Part shown: positions 25,011 through 36,290 of the stretch, one piece after another | Numbering within the stretch: the stretch's first letter is position 1 | Layout: every line of letters begins with the position of its first letter | Assembly: GCA_951804945.1 (NCBI GenBank) | Contig: OX638150.1 | Coordinates: forward strand, 3,720,001-3,783,825 | Origin: Podarcis cretensis | Lineage: Eukaryota | Reading direction: 5' to 3' | DNA: 63,825 nucleotides | Notes under the pieces: model-generated | Databases searched by the model: none | Seen by the model: the letters and a program-made list of their open reading frames with translations, nothing else | What the model was told of the DNA's origin: nothing | Made by a program: the position numbers and the translations under genes

Positions 25011-27257
25011 AAACTCCAGATGTCTGAATGTAACGCTAAACTGAGATCCAGTAAAAATGAACCTCAGCTGTGCCAAAGCCCTCCTCATAACTGTGCAGAA
25101 GGAGGAGAGGAGCAAAGGGAGCATGCAAGCCCTGCATTATTATATCATTATAGAGTTGGAAGGGTCCTGCAATGCAAGAACCACAATGTCTACCCCCTAA
25201 CCCCTACCCCCAAATCCAATTTGAAACCAGACCAGGCCCTGCTTAGCTTTGCAAGTGTGCTAGCAGTTTTATTGCTGCACCACTAGAAGGGCTATAGGCA
25301 AATGTAGTCATATGGGGTGGTAGCCAATGTACTCATTCCATTTCTGCAAGGATTTATGTTTGTGCAACTCTCTCCCCCCCCCCCCCCGTATCTCCACTAG
25401 GGGAACATCCTTTGATCTAGGTTTACAGTGCTCAAAATTGCGATGTCGAGAGAGAAGTTGTTGTCCAAATGGGCTGCCTGAAGAGGTTAGCTACAGCCCA
25501 GGCAACAGTTTTATCATGTGGCAGTCTCTTTATTTGATTTATTTATTCGTTTCAGGATTTATGGAATGCATTTGTAGAAAGTGGTGTTATTAAAAAGCAG
25601 GATAAAACTATTTTAAATAAATACATTTCTGCTAACAGATTGTCAAAATGTTGTACAAACCAGAGGGTTTGTCTGAGGCAGCCTGGTAACAGAAATAACT
25701 ACTGCCTTTTGGAGAGGTTGAGGTATTTTAAGGAGCTTAGTTTTACAGTCCCCTTAGCTGTTTGGCTTCAACTTTAACACAGAAGGGTAAAGAGCTATTG
25801 TTCCTTCAGCATAGTGGTACAAACGGCTCCAAAGCCTATTTCTGAATCCTGTTTCTTAAACATGAATACAGGGTTTAATAAGCTGCATGGTCATAACAAC
25901 TTGTTTACAGGTTTTATTGGATTTGTCGAGGGGAGGAGGAAAATGATGCTTGGAAGGATATTAATTTCAGATTCTTATGTCTACAGTAAATGTGACAGAA
26001 TTATGTTAACACAATTGCAGTAGGTGATGTTGGGCTCAGGCCTGATGTTTGTAGTTTGTATTTCATCCCTTGTGATTTTAGAAAGAAACTACTGCCCATA
26101 GTTTGATCTCTTCCACTCAGATTGACAATCTTTTCCCTCAAAAACCCTTCAGAATTAGAATATAACATCTTTGTTTCTCTCCACTCACCACTGCCAGTAC
26201 ATCCCAGTGTATATTGTTATTGCATTTTATTATGTGAGATACATGAGGGGGGGAGAGAGAGATTGATTGATTTGTCTAGGTCCTAGGTCATCTGCTGATC
26301 TTCACTGCTAAGGTAGGGATTTGAACTGGGCTCTTGTATCCCCAAAATGAGGCCTGCAAAGCCTCACGTTGATTGTGCTAGCAACTCTACTACTGCTAAG
26401 CATCTGTGAGAGATGAACTGTAAAGGAAGCACTTCAGTCAGGGTTATGTGCCAAGTAAGAATTTTATGAGATAAAGTGTTATTTGCATCAGTATGCTTAA
26501 TGCATGCTGATTACAAGGCATTTGGCATTAGCAGTCTAGGATTTATGAGCAGGGATGAGTAATTTGTGTATTCTTTGCTGCTGCTTTTCAGTAAAGTTCA
26601 AAACATCATTGAGAGGAAAATTAAAGCAAGGAGCAGGGAGGAGTGCATAGCCTGCTCTGGAAATGTGTGCTCATATGGACATTAGCGAAAAGGAGGGCTG
26701 GCACTATGCATTTTTCAAAATGCCTCTCCCCCCTGCAGAGGGGACTCTTTCTTTTACAGAAAGCAGAAGAGAGATCTCTGATATACTCTTGTGTGACTTG
26801 GTTGTAGAAACATGAAAAGCTTTGTAGTGGAAGAATGGGGAATGTACCTAAAGATGGTATGAATGATGCAGAGGCAAAGTATTCACTTCACAATAACTGT
26901 AGCAGGAGTGCCTGTGTGAACAATGCCCTCAGACCTATTAACATGTCCATAAATGAAGGCCAAGAAAATTACTGCTGCAAATTATGCAAGCTTGAACCTC
27001 TTCCAGCAGGAATATGGGAAGCAAAGGAGGAGTGGCTTCTCTCAACCACTTACCAGCTCTTCTCAACCAGTGTTCTAACAACAGCTGTCATTTAGAGAAG
27101 GGTGTGTGTGTGTGTGTTAAGCAAAGGAATTTGTGATGAGCCAAATCAACGGTATTCCTTGGTGTGTGTCTTTTCAACAAGGGTTAGACTCCTGGACCCT
27201 GTCAGCATTTTCTGGGTACTCTCCCTGCCCAACAAGGGAAAGGAGATATTGACTCTC

Positions 27258-27332
27258 CTCTCCCTCCCTCCCTCCCTCCTCCCTCCCTCCCTCCCTCCCT
27301 CCCTCTCCTCCTCCTCCTCCTCCTCCTCCTCC
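27258..27332. repeat. (CCCT)n/(CCT)n polypyrimidine tract
   Basis: Read directly. Confidence 0.9.
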
Positions 27333-27455
27333 TTCTTCTATTTTACCCCCTTGATTCAGGTGACCTGACTCTTCCTAAGCTATAGACAAAGCCTGGCACC
27401 ATGAGTGTATTTACCACAGTTGTTCTGCTCCTCCCTAGAAAATCCAGTGTTTGTT

Positions 27456-27628
27456 CATAGAATAATAAAATCATAGAATTGTAGAACTGTAGAGTTGGAA
27501 GGTACCCCAAAGGTCAACAAGTCCAACCCTCTGCAATGCAGCAATCTTAACTAAACCTTCTGTGACAAATAACCATATAATCTCCACTTAAAAACCTCCA
27601 CTGAAGGAGAGCCCACCACCTCCTGAAG
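27456..27628 (-). mobile_element. CR1 LINE 3' end
   Basis: CATAGAAT...GTAGAGTTGGAAGG is the reverse complement of the CR1 (ATTCTATG)n tail. Confidence 0.8.
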
Positions 27629-27920
27629 GGACACATGGATGGCCAGTAGTACATGTGAAAAAGATCTAAGGTCTTCATAGACCACAAACTTAACATGTGT
27701 CAACAGTGTGATACAGCAGCCAAAAAAAGCTAATGCTATTCTAGGCTGCATCATCAGAAGTATAGTGTCCCGATCAAAGGAAGTACCGTATTTTTCGCTC
27801 TATAACACGCACCTGACCATAACACGCACATCGTTTTTAGAGGAGGAAAACAAGGGAAAAAACATTCTGAATGAAACAGTGGATGTATCATTTTTGGGCT
27901 TCATGCTGTGGCCACAGACA

Positions 27921-28619
27921 TGTGATCTGATGGTGAATTTGGGGTGACCCAATGCAAAAATCCTGAGAATTCCTGTGGATCCATGCTTTGTAACCACGTT
28001 TTTGCACCATTGCAGCCCCAGGCAACAGTGGGTGCGTGATTTTTTTGGTGCAGGCTGTAGCCATGGACATGCTATGTGATTTGATGGTGAATTTGGGGTG
28101 ACCCAATGCAAAGATCCTGAGAATCCCTGTGGATCCATGCTTTGTAACCACATTTTTGCACCATTGCAGCCCCAGGCAACAGTGGGTGCGTGATTTTTTT
28201 GGTGCAGGCTGTAGCCATGGACATGCTATGTGATCTGATGGTGAATTTGGGGTGACCCAGTGCAAAGATCCTGAGAATCCCTGTGGATCCATGCTTTGTA
28301 ACCACATTTTTGCACCATTGCAGCCCCAGGCAACAGTGGGTGCGTGATTTTTTTGGTGCAGGCTGTAGCCATGGTCATGCTATGTGATCTGATGGTGAAT
28401 TTGGGGTGACCCAATGCAAAGATCCTGAGGATCCATGTGGATCCATGCTTTTTAACCACGTTTTTGCACCATTGCAGCCCCAGGCAACAGTGGGTGCGTG
28501 ATTTTGGGGGGGGCAGGCTGTAGCCATGGACATGCTATGTGATCTGATGGTGAATTTGGGGTGACCCAATGCAAAGAACCTGAGGATCCATGTGGATCTA
28601 TGCTTTGTAACCACATTTT
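27921..28619. repeat. 154-bp minisatellite, about 4.5 copies
   Basis: Near-identical units start at 27921, 28075, 28229, 28383 and 28538. Confidence 0.95.
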
Positions 28620-28736
28620 AAGTGGGGAGCGAAGGAAAAACAAATAAGGGACATGAGAGGGGTGTGCAGAGAAGCAGCTGGCTAAGAATGCAGGAGAGGG
28701 ATTTAACGGGAGGGAGGAAAGAAAGGCAAAAGTTTC

Positions 28737-28891
28737 NNNNNNNNNNNNNNNNNNNNNNNNNNNNNNNNNNNNNNNNNNNNNNNNNNNNNNNNNNNNNNNN
28801 NNNNNNNNNNNNNNNNNNNNNNNNNNNNNNNNNNNNNNNNNNNNNNNNNNNNNNNNNNNNNNNNNNNNNNNNNNNNNNNNNNNNNNNNNNN
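28737..28891. other. Assembly gap (155 N)
   Basis: Run of N. Confidence 1.
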
Positions 28892-29782
28892 CCCCCTCTC
28901 TCTCCCTCTCCCCCAGCAGCACCCGAGCACAGAGAGGAATTCCCCTCTGCTTGCCTGGAGGGGAGGGGCTTCCCCTGCTCTTTGTTCCGTTTCAGCAAAC
29001 ACAGCAACGAAACAGAGGATGGTGAGCAGTAAGACCCTGAGGCAGAATGCAGGAAAGCAGCCGCTTCCTCTTTTCAGTTTTCCCTTCTCCGTGAAGTGCC
29101 GCGATTTGATTTTTGCCTGATTTTTCGGCTCCAGGGACCACACATTCACTCTATAACACGCACAGACATTTCCCCTTCCTTTTTAGGAGAAAAAATCTGC
29201 GTGTTATAGAGGGAAAATACGGTAATAGTCTTGCTCTATTCTTCCATAGTCAGACCATACCTGGAGCACTATGTCCAGTTCTGGGCACCACAATTTAAGG
29301 ATATTGACATGCTGGAACGTGTACCGAAGAGGACCACCAAGATGCTCAAGGGTGTGGAAACCAAGGTTTTATGAGGAACAGTTGAGGGAGTTGGGTATGT
29401 TTAGCCTGGATAAGAGGAGATTGAGAGGAGATATGATAGCCATCTTCAAATATCTGTCACATGGAAGATGGAGCAAGCTTGTTTTCTCCTTCTCAGGAGA
29501 AAACAAACCAATGGCTTTAAGTTACAAGAAAGGAGATTCCAACTAAACATCATGATGAACTTTCTGACAGTAAGAGCTGTTCAACACTGGAATAGACTCC
29601 CTCAGTAGATTGTGGACTCCCTCAGTAGAGTGTTTTGTAGCAGGGATGCCTCCCTTGGAGGTTTGTAAGCAGAGGTTAGATGGTCATCTGTCATGAATGC
29701 TCTAGTAGAGATTCCTGTGTTGCAGCCAGTTGGACTTGTTGACCCTCAGGATACCTTCCAACTCGAAAATTCTATGATTCAG

Positions 29783-29958
29783 TCTTCCTTTTATGCTCGA
29801 TGTCATGGATCTCTTCACAAATGTACACATGCTTTACGTACAGTACTAGTCCTCCTCCCTTCTTGTTTGGTCTGTTTCTTTTGAATAGGATATACTTCTC
29901 AGTTTCTACATTGCAGTCATGAGTCTCATCCCACCAAGTTTTAAGTAACACCAATTAG
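29783..29958 (-). mobile_element. CR1 endonuclease fragment
   Basis: Peptide TWWDETHDCNV...LFKRNRPNKKGGGLVLYVK, homologous to the CR1 endonuclease at ~42100-42250. Confidence 0.8.
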
Positions 29959-30223
29959 GTGCCATGAACTGGTTGGTAGTCCATGAGGCATGAAGCAGGA
30001 GGAGCAAAGGCAGACATGCCAGCACAGTCTCAGATTGCTTGGGAAAGACTCAGAGATGAGGAGACTTAGGCAGCTGTGGGAAGGTAGGGACCTTCAGTCT
30101 CTGCAACTACCTCACTGGGCAAGACCTACTGAAGAAGAGTTGCTGTGCTCATTAGGCCTGGTACTCTTGTGCAGATCCTGTTTTTTTAAGAATGAGTTAA
30201 TTACTCTGCATAATTTACTGCTG

Positions 30224-30401
30224 AGGGCACAAGGAGAAGGGGATGACAGAGGACAAGATGGTTGGATAGTGTTCTTGAAGCTACCAGCATGAGTTTGACT
30301 AAACTGCGGGAGGCAGTGGAAGACAAAAGTGCCTGGCGTGCTCTGGTCCATGGGGTCACAAAGAGTCGGACACAACTAAACGACTAAACAACAACAACAA
30401 C
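30224..30401 (+). mobile_element. Bov-B (RTE) LINE 3' end, 5'-truncated
   Basis: GCCTGGCGTGCTCTGGTCCATGGGGTCACAAAGAGTCGGACACAACT + (CAA)n tail; 12-bp TSD AATTTACTGCTG at 30212-30223 and 30402-30413. Confidence 0.9.
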
Positions 30402-32018
30402 AATTTACTGCTGGCTTGCTCCTGACTTTAGGTCATATTTGCCATCCCGTATTAAGAGCTCAAATTTGTATTGCTTTTCCCCATATTCTGTGCATTAGTA
30501 TAGAGACAATGGAAACCACAAGTTATTCCCTTCAGCTGCTTTCTTCTTGCAATTTCCTGCCCTTTAGCAGGAAGTACCACATCAGTTTCCTATGCATCAA
30601 TGAAACTATTATGCCTAGTACCAGATGTTCTCCTGCCGTTTATAATATTGTCTCTATCCCCCTCAGGATTTAGTTTAAAGTTCTGCTGATCAGGTTTACG
30701 AGACTTTTAGCAAACACATTATTGTCAATTGCTGTGTGGTGCAACCCGTCTCTTGACAGAAGTCCTTCCTCAAGGAAGTGAAGACAATTGTCCAAGAAGC
30801 CAAACCTTTTCTGATGACACACCTGTGTAATTTACTTCTGTTATTTCCATCTCTCTTCCTGTGCCATGACCTTCATCAGAAAGGAGTAATGAAAAAGCCG
30901 AAGGTTCTCCAGCTTCCTACCCTGAGTCTCATAGTCCCTTGCTAGGTTCTCAGTAACATGGGAAACCGACAAGCCAAGCATTTGGTGGCGGGGGGGGGGG
31001 GGTAGGTGTGGTGGCATCCCCTCACATTTTCATATATACAGTTGTCCTTGCTAATAGGCAAATAGTTTGGTTAGATGCCTAGACGTATGAAAGAGAAACT
31101 AGCTAAAGCTCCATTCTCTGACCAAAGAGAGCCCTAATGCCAGTCAAATTGGCATAATCCTGCCTTTCTTCTACCAGTTCTCCAGTTTCCTAGGTTGCCA
31201 CAGTTCCTGCTTCTCCTTTATTCCTCCACTCATGGCAGTGTTCAGGCAAAGTCAGCTGCATCTTTTTTTGTTTGTTTGTCTAAGTGTCAGTTCTGGGAAG
31301 CTAAACTGGAACAGAACAGTGTAGTTTTCAACCTCCTTTATCCCAGGAAACCGCTTCCTCTTACTGCACATAAACATGCTGTTGTTTTCCAGATGGATTC
31401 GTTGTCACAGTGAATGCGGTCACCTCATTTCTGAAGGGCAGCCATATTGGCAAAGGCCTACCTTTGCACTCATTCCTATGACCCGAGCGTGAGGCTGGAG
31501 GCTGCCAGAGATTGTGAAATGATGTCCCTCTTGTTTGGTGTTGAATAAAGCTTTTGGGCTCAGGGAAAGGGAAAGATATGGGATGTTCCAAGGGGTCAGC
31601 CACAGTTTATTCACCAGTAGAAAGCTTGAGGAATTTTGTGATCTCAAAGCAGCAGTGGATTTTTGTGGATTTAGATTGTAAGGAGTGTGGTGTGGAATTT
31701 CCTCAAAATCTCTAGGGATCTTCTTGGGACAGGAGTTTCAGCGCCTGGGCCTGTGTTTTCTGAGGGCTTGTTATTCCATGTCTCCCAGCTTTGCTTATTC
31801 ATGCCAGGGAGTGGGTAGGGGGGAACCCATCCTTTTGTCTCGTCATTTGTACAATGTAAATCTTAAGCCCATGCTTGGTGCTGAGTTTGAACTAGAAGTA
31901 AAATCTAAAATATATATATCAAGTAACCCCCCCCCCCACTACTCTTGCTAGGCCTTGTCACAGGTGGGCTCTGCTGCTTTTCTTGAACTCTGTTTAGTCA
32001 CACATACAGGTGTGGTCT

Positions 32019-32331
32019 GGGACGCGGGTGGCGCTGTGGGTAAAACCTCAGTGCCTAGGGCTTGCTGATTGCATGGTCGGCGGTTCGAATCCCCGCGGCA
32101 GGGTGAGCTCCCGTCGTTCGGCCCCAGCTCCTGCCCACCTAGCAGTTCGAAAGCACGTCAAAGTGCAAGTAGATAAATAGGTACCACTTTATAGTGGGAA
32201 GGTAAACGGCGTTTCCGTGTGCTGCGCTGGTGCTGGCTCGCCAGAGCAGCTTTGTCACACTGGCCACGTGACCCGGAAGTGTCTGCGGACAGCGCTGGCC
32301 CGTACGGGCAGGGGTACCTTACCTTTACCTT
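32019..32331 (+). mobile_element. Sauria SINE with 54-bp internal deletion
   Basis: GGGACGCGGGTGGCGCTGTGGG head, GGTTCGAATCC B box, (ACCTTT)n tail; 13-bp TSD TACAGGTGTGGTC at 32005-32017 and 32332-32344. Confidence 0.92.
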
Positions 32332-32850
32332 TACAGGTGTGGTCATGCAGAACCTCATTTGGGAAACCTCTCAAGCTATATTAGAGTGGGCACCCCACCT
32401 CCATTCCCCATATGCACACAGAAAGGGGCATGGCCCTCACCTTTTGACCTCTCCTTTTCATTTCTAAGGTAGGTCTGGGGAACCTGTGACACACCAGAGG
32501 TGTTGTTGCACTCCAACTTCCATCAGTCCTAGCCAGTATGACCAGTAGTAAGGAATGGTGGAAGTTGTAGTCTAGGCTCACCTGGAGGGCCACCCCATCT
32601 CTGTTCTTAAAGGAACTGTTCTCTGTCTAGAGAGTACTTCCTCCATGGTAATTACTACACAAACTCTCTCTTTAATTTCATCTCCATTCTCTTTTTTTCT
32701 CCTCTGCTGTTAACATCCACTTTCTTTCTGTGTGTGTTCTCTGCTCTCAGTTGCCCCTTGAGAGTGGTTCTCCCAAGCTTTTGAGGCCTAAGACTCAGCT
32801 GGCAGGCTTTTTCCATGGATGCCTGCCCTATGGCAGCAAGCTCCACAAAA

Positions 32851-33412
32851 TGATAGTTACAAATTAATAGTAAATAAACAGTTCAAAGCTGGAGTTATCT
32901 CTTTATTAGTGAAACACGATGTTTACAGACTTGGCTAAGTTTCAGGTCTAATGGGCATAGCAGCTCATGCTCTGCAGGTCTTACTCGGTGAACCCAGTTG
33001 CCGAGACTAAAAGTCGCTGCCTTCTCACAGTCGATGATATCACCTCTTCTCCAGGGCTTCTTCCAAGCAATAGGAGACTGTTGCTGCTCTGCCTGTTTCA
33101 GCCCTCTCCTGGTTCTGGGAGATGGAGGGAGGGGAGCTTGTCACAGCTGGAGGGGGAGGCACCTGTGACTCTTCAGCAGCCTGACTCCTTTCTGCCTCTT
33201 GGCCTCCCTCCTCTTCAGCTTCTGCCTCATGATTCTGGATTTCTCTCTGCCACAGATTCTCCTTCAGCTTCCGACACCACCGTTTCTCAGTTTCCCCCCT
33301 CTTCTCCCTGTGACCACTCATCATTGTCCCACCACCACTCCCCAGGCTCTGAGCCTTCTTCCCCTGGTGGTTCCCCAACTGGTTCCTCCCGCCATCCAGC
33401 CAGTCCATTACT
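32851..33412 (-). mobile_element. Probable solo LTR (Gypsy-like)
   Basis: Minus strand begins GTAATGGACTGGCTGG, has a purine-rich body, AATAAA ~55 nt before a terminal ...TATCA. No clean TSD. A related degenerate piece may lie at ~29960-30200 (+). Confidence 0.55.
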
Positions 33413-35692
33413 CTGTGTGTGAGAGACAGACAGACAGACAGAGAATCTCACAGCGTGGATAGTTGCTATCCCTGTTAAGCTTTTAATAGGCCCCCATGGA
33501 ATGATTGAGCCTTATGGTTAAGGTCAGTCTTGTGGGAGAAGGCTCTTTGGGTGGCTGAGGAAGTCCAGCATCAGATCTTGAGAAAGCACTGAAATTAAAG
33601 TCACATCCATCTTTGAATCTACTGATTGCTGAGTCTCTGGCTCCCCTTGAGCCATCATTTGGAGAAGGGGGTTCTTATATGGAGACCCATGCTATACTTG
33701 TAGATCCCTAGTGGGGGGTGGGGGGGACATGACCACCACTCACTCTCCAGGCTGCTAGCCCAGTTGGCCTTCCCTACAGTGGGATTGCTGTTTCCTCAGC
33801 GTTGAAGGTGAAAAAAGACTTGGGTTGAAATACCCAGCATTTTCAGATTCTCCAAGCCTGAAAAGAAAGACAGAGAAAAAGAAAGAAAAGCAATAGGTTA
33901 GGAAAAGGCCACACTGGTACTAGAAGGTGCTCTACCTCAGTTAGTTTTGAAGGACTTTGTCTCCATGGGTTTGGTACAAATGACCAGAGGGGCTCAGCCG
34001 CAGCTGCTGACACGTGTGTTGGAGGAGCTCCTTTTGGCCATTTCCTTGGCTAGGTGTGCTTTAGTTTACCATGCTCTATATTGTCTGTTGTGGTCTGTTT
34101 GGCATTGTCATGTCATTAGTATCATTCAATAAACAGTTTTAAGTGCTGCTGCAACCGTGGATGGGGTAGTACTCAGACTCCAGGGACAGCCAGTTTGTCT
34201 CATGGTCCATGGTGTTCTCCAGGATATGTCGAGAGGCCAAGAGCAGATTTTATTGCACAAACTAGCCTTCACAGGAAAGTCAGGTTCTGTTACATGGGTA
34301 GCCAACATGGTGGCCTTCAGCTGTTTAGAACTACGATTCCCATCAGCCCCAGACAGCATGGCCAGTGGTCAGGGGTAATGGGAATTATGAGCGGCAACAT
34401 CTGGAAGGCACTATGTTGGCTTCTGTGATAACACAAGGGCTTCACAATAATATGACACATATGCTCAGCACATCTTTAAAACAACAACAACAGCGAGAGA
34501 GATGCAACAGCCGAGAGAGATATTGTGCAGAATATCTCCAACTCCCTTACGATTTTTGAAAACACTTCTCTTTCTCCTTACAAGTTCACGCAATCAGCAA
34601 GCATTTTACCATACTTAGATTAGAATTTGGCAGGGTTGCCTGGGCCCAGATAGAGTTGCCCCAGGAACTAGATTGGGGTTTTATTCAAAAGTAATTTGAG
34701 ATATAGCATCTGGACAGCTGTTCAGAGGAAAAGGAAGAATCCCCCTGGGCTACTGTAGGGGCTGAAGCCGCTTTGGGTTCTGACAAGGGTCCAAAACATT
34801 CCACACAGCAAGGACTGCCAGTTACTAGGCAGAATTGTATTTTTTCAGGAGATGGAAAGCATATATTCCCTACTACTGAGTGAGTAGAAGCATAAATATC
34901 CGTAACTACTCATAATAATTATAGTACATGGACTGATGTGTCATATTTACAATGCTTGACCTCAAGTCAGGTATTTTCCCACATAGTTTAATCTTTTACA
35001 CAGAAAAATTGACACAGGGTGTTTGATAATATGGTAATCGATTAATCCTTAAGAGAATTTAAGCGTAGACATTTGTATTAAATTTCTGTTTCATTGTAAA
35101 ACTGGGTTGTTATTTTTTAAGAGACAATGGTGTTGTTTTTAAGTCCAATTTAAATGTGAAAATAATTCAAATTTTCATCTTTAAATACTTTAAAATAATT
35201 GGCATTTATCCTCCTTGCTCACCACTGTAGCTTCTGACATTATCATCTAATTGTCCAATCCAACATATCTATATAATCACTATGGATGTAAGATCTGGTG
35301 CCATTCCATGCAGAATAACAGGGGAAAAAAACCAAGCAAAGCAACTTAAACCCAAAGTGAGCACCACTCTCTGTAGCACCACTCCCTGGTATTAATGACT
35401 CTTTGAGGAGCAGAATCCTTCCCACCCTCCACAAAGCATCCTCAGAATGTAAAAACAGAGGTATAAATGACAACCTGATGAGTCATTCAAAGACCAAAGA
35501 TCAAAGCCAGCAACATGTCTGCACGCTTATGACTCCTTGCAAAGAAGAGTTGCTTTTATTAATAGAAAGTCACATCATAGAGTGCTTGATATGTACAATG
35601 TGCAAATCTGGGCAAGTTCTTTACAAGCACACAGTAGAGTTATCAGGAGCATATCATTGTCTTAATACAAAACTGATCCATGCTTTCCTGTA

Positions 35693-35989
35693 CAGTGGTG
35701 CCCCACAAGACGAATGCCTCGCAAGATGAAAAACCCGCTAGACGAAAGGGTTTTCTGTTTTGGAGGTGCTTCGCAAAACGAAAATGTCTTGCGAGTTTTT
35801 CCGACTTTTTCCCCCTCCCCCCCTTTTTCTAAGCCGCTAAGCCGCTTATCCGCTTATCCGCTAAAAGCCGCTAAGCCGCTAATAGTGCTAAGCCGCTAAG
35901 CCGCTAATGGGCTTGCTTCGCAAGACGAAAAAACCGCTAGACGAAGAGACTCGTGGAACGGATTCTTTTCGTCTTGCGAGGCACCACTG
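35693..35989. mobile_element. Tigger/pogo-like MITE
   Basis: TIRs CAGTGGTGCCCCACAAGACGAA / TTCGTCTTGCGAGGCACCACTG; TA TSD; internal (CCGCTAAG)-type repeats. Confidence 0.9.
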
Positions 35990-36179
35990 TATAAGAAGAT
36001 CGCAAGACTAACCTTTGTCTTTGTGATAAGGAGATGGAGGGAGAGAAAGGCAATATTGGCAGACTTCAGGGTTCTGCGGAAGAAACCATGAGGATGCAAT
36101 AAATCTATGAAGGGTAAAAGGAGCTTGGTTTATACTAACAGTTAAGGCATATAGCCTACCTTTGCTATCCATGTTGTCC

Positions 36180-36290
36180 TACACCCTATAGTTGTGCATC
36201 TCTTATTCCTGCCCAAGTGCAGAACCTGACATTTGTCCCTAATAAAATTCATTTTGTTAGTTTGGCCCAGTTTCCAATCCGTTAAGATTT
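36180..36290 (-). mobile_element. Short internal CR1 fragment
   Basis: Matches ~59380-59480 of the larger CR1 (CCTGCCCAAGTGCAGAACC...CATTTGTCCCT). Confidence 0.7.

Larger units (their letters stand above)
27786..29222. mobile_element. Tc1/mariner (Tc2/pogo-like) non-autonomous DNA transposon with internal minisatellite
   Basis: TIRs CCGTATTTTTCGCTCTATAACACGCA / TGCGTGTTATAGAGGGAAAATACGG; TA TSD at 27784-27785 and 29223-29224; internal ATAACACGCAC subterminal repeats; no transposase visible. Confidence 0.88.
27630..29780 (+). mobile_element. CR1 LINE 3' portion split by a DNA transposon (pieces 27630-27785 and 29225-29780)
   Basis: KKANAILGCI...RSKEV continues as ATAGTC...CTGGAGCACTATGTCCAGTTCTGGGC once the insertion is removed; ends TTCTATGATTC. 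Collinear with the uninterrupted CR1 at 58920-59775. Confidence 0.85.

Noticed and set aside
27921-28619. Tandem array as a CRISPR array or repeat-protein gene
   Set aside because: Units are contiguous with no unique spacers, 154 is not a multiple of 3 so the ORFs shift frame, and the context is a vertebrate intron.
28452-29149. ORFs spanning the N run
   Set aside because: Artefacts of translating through an assembly gap.
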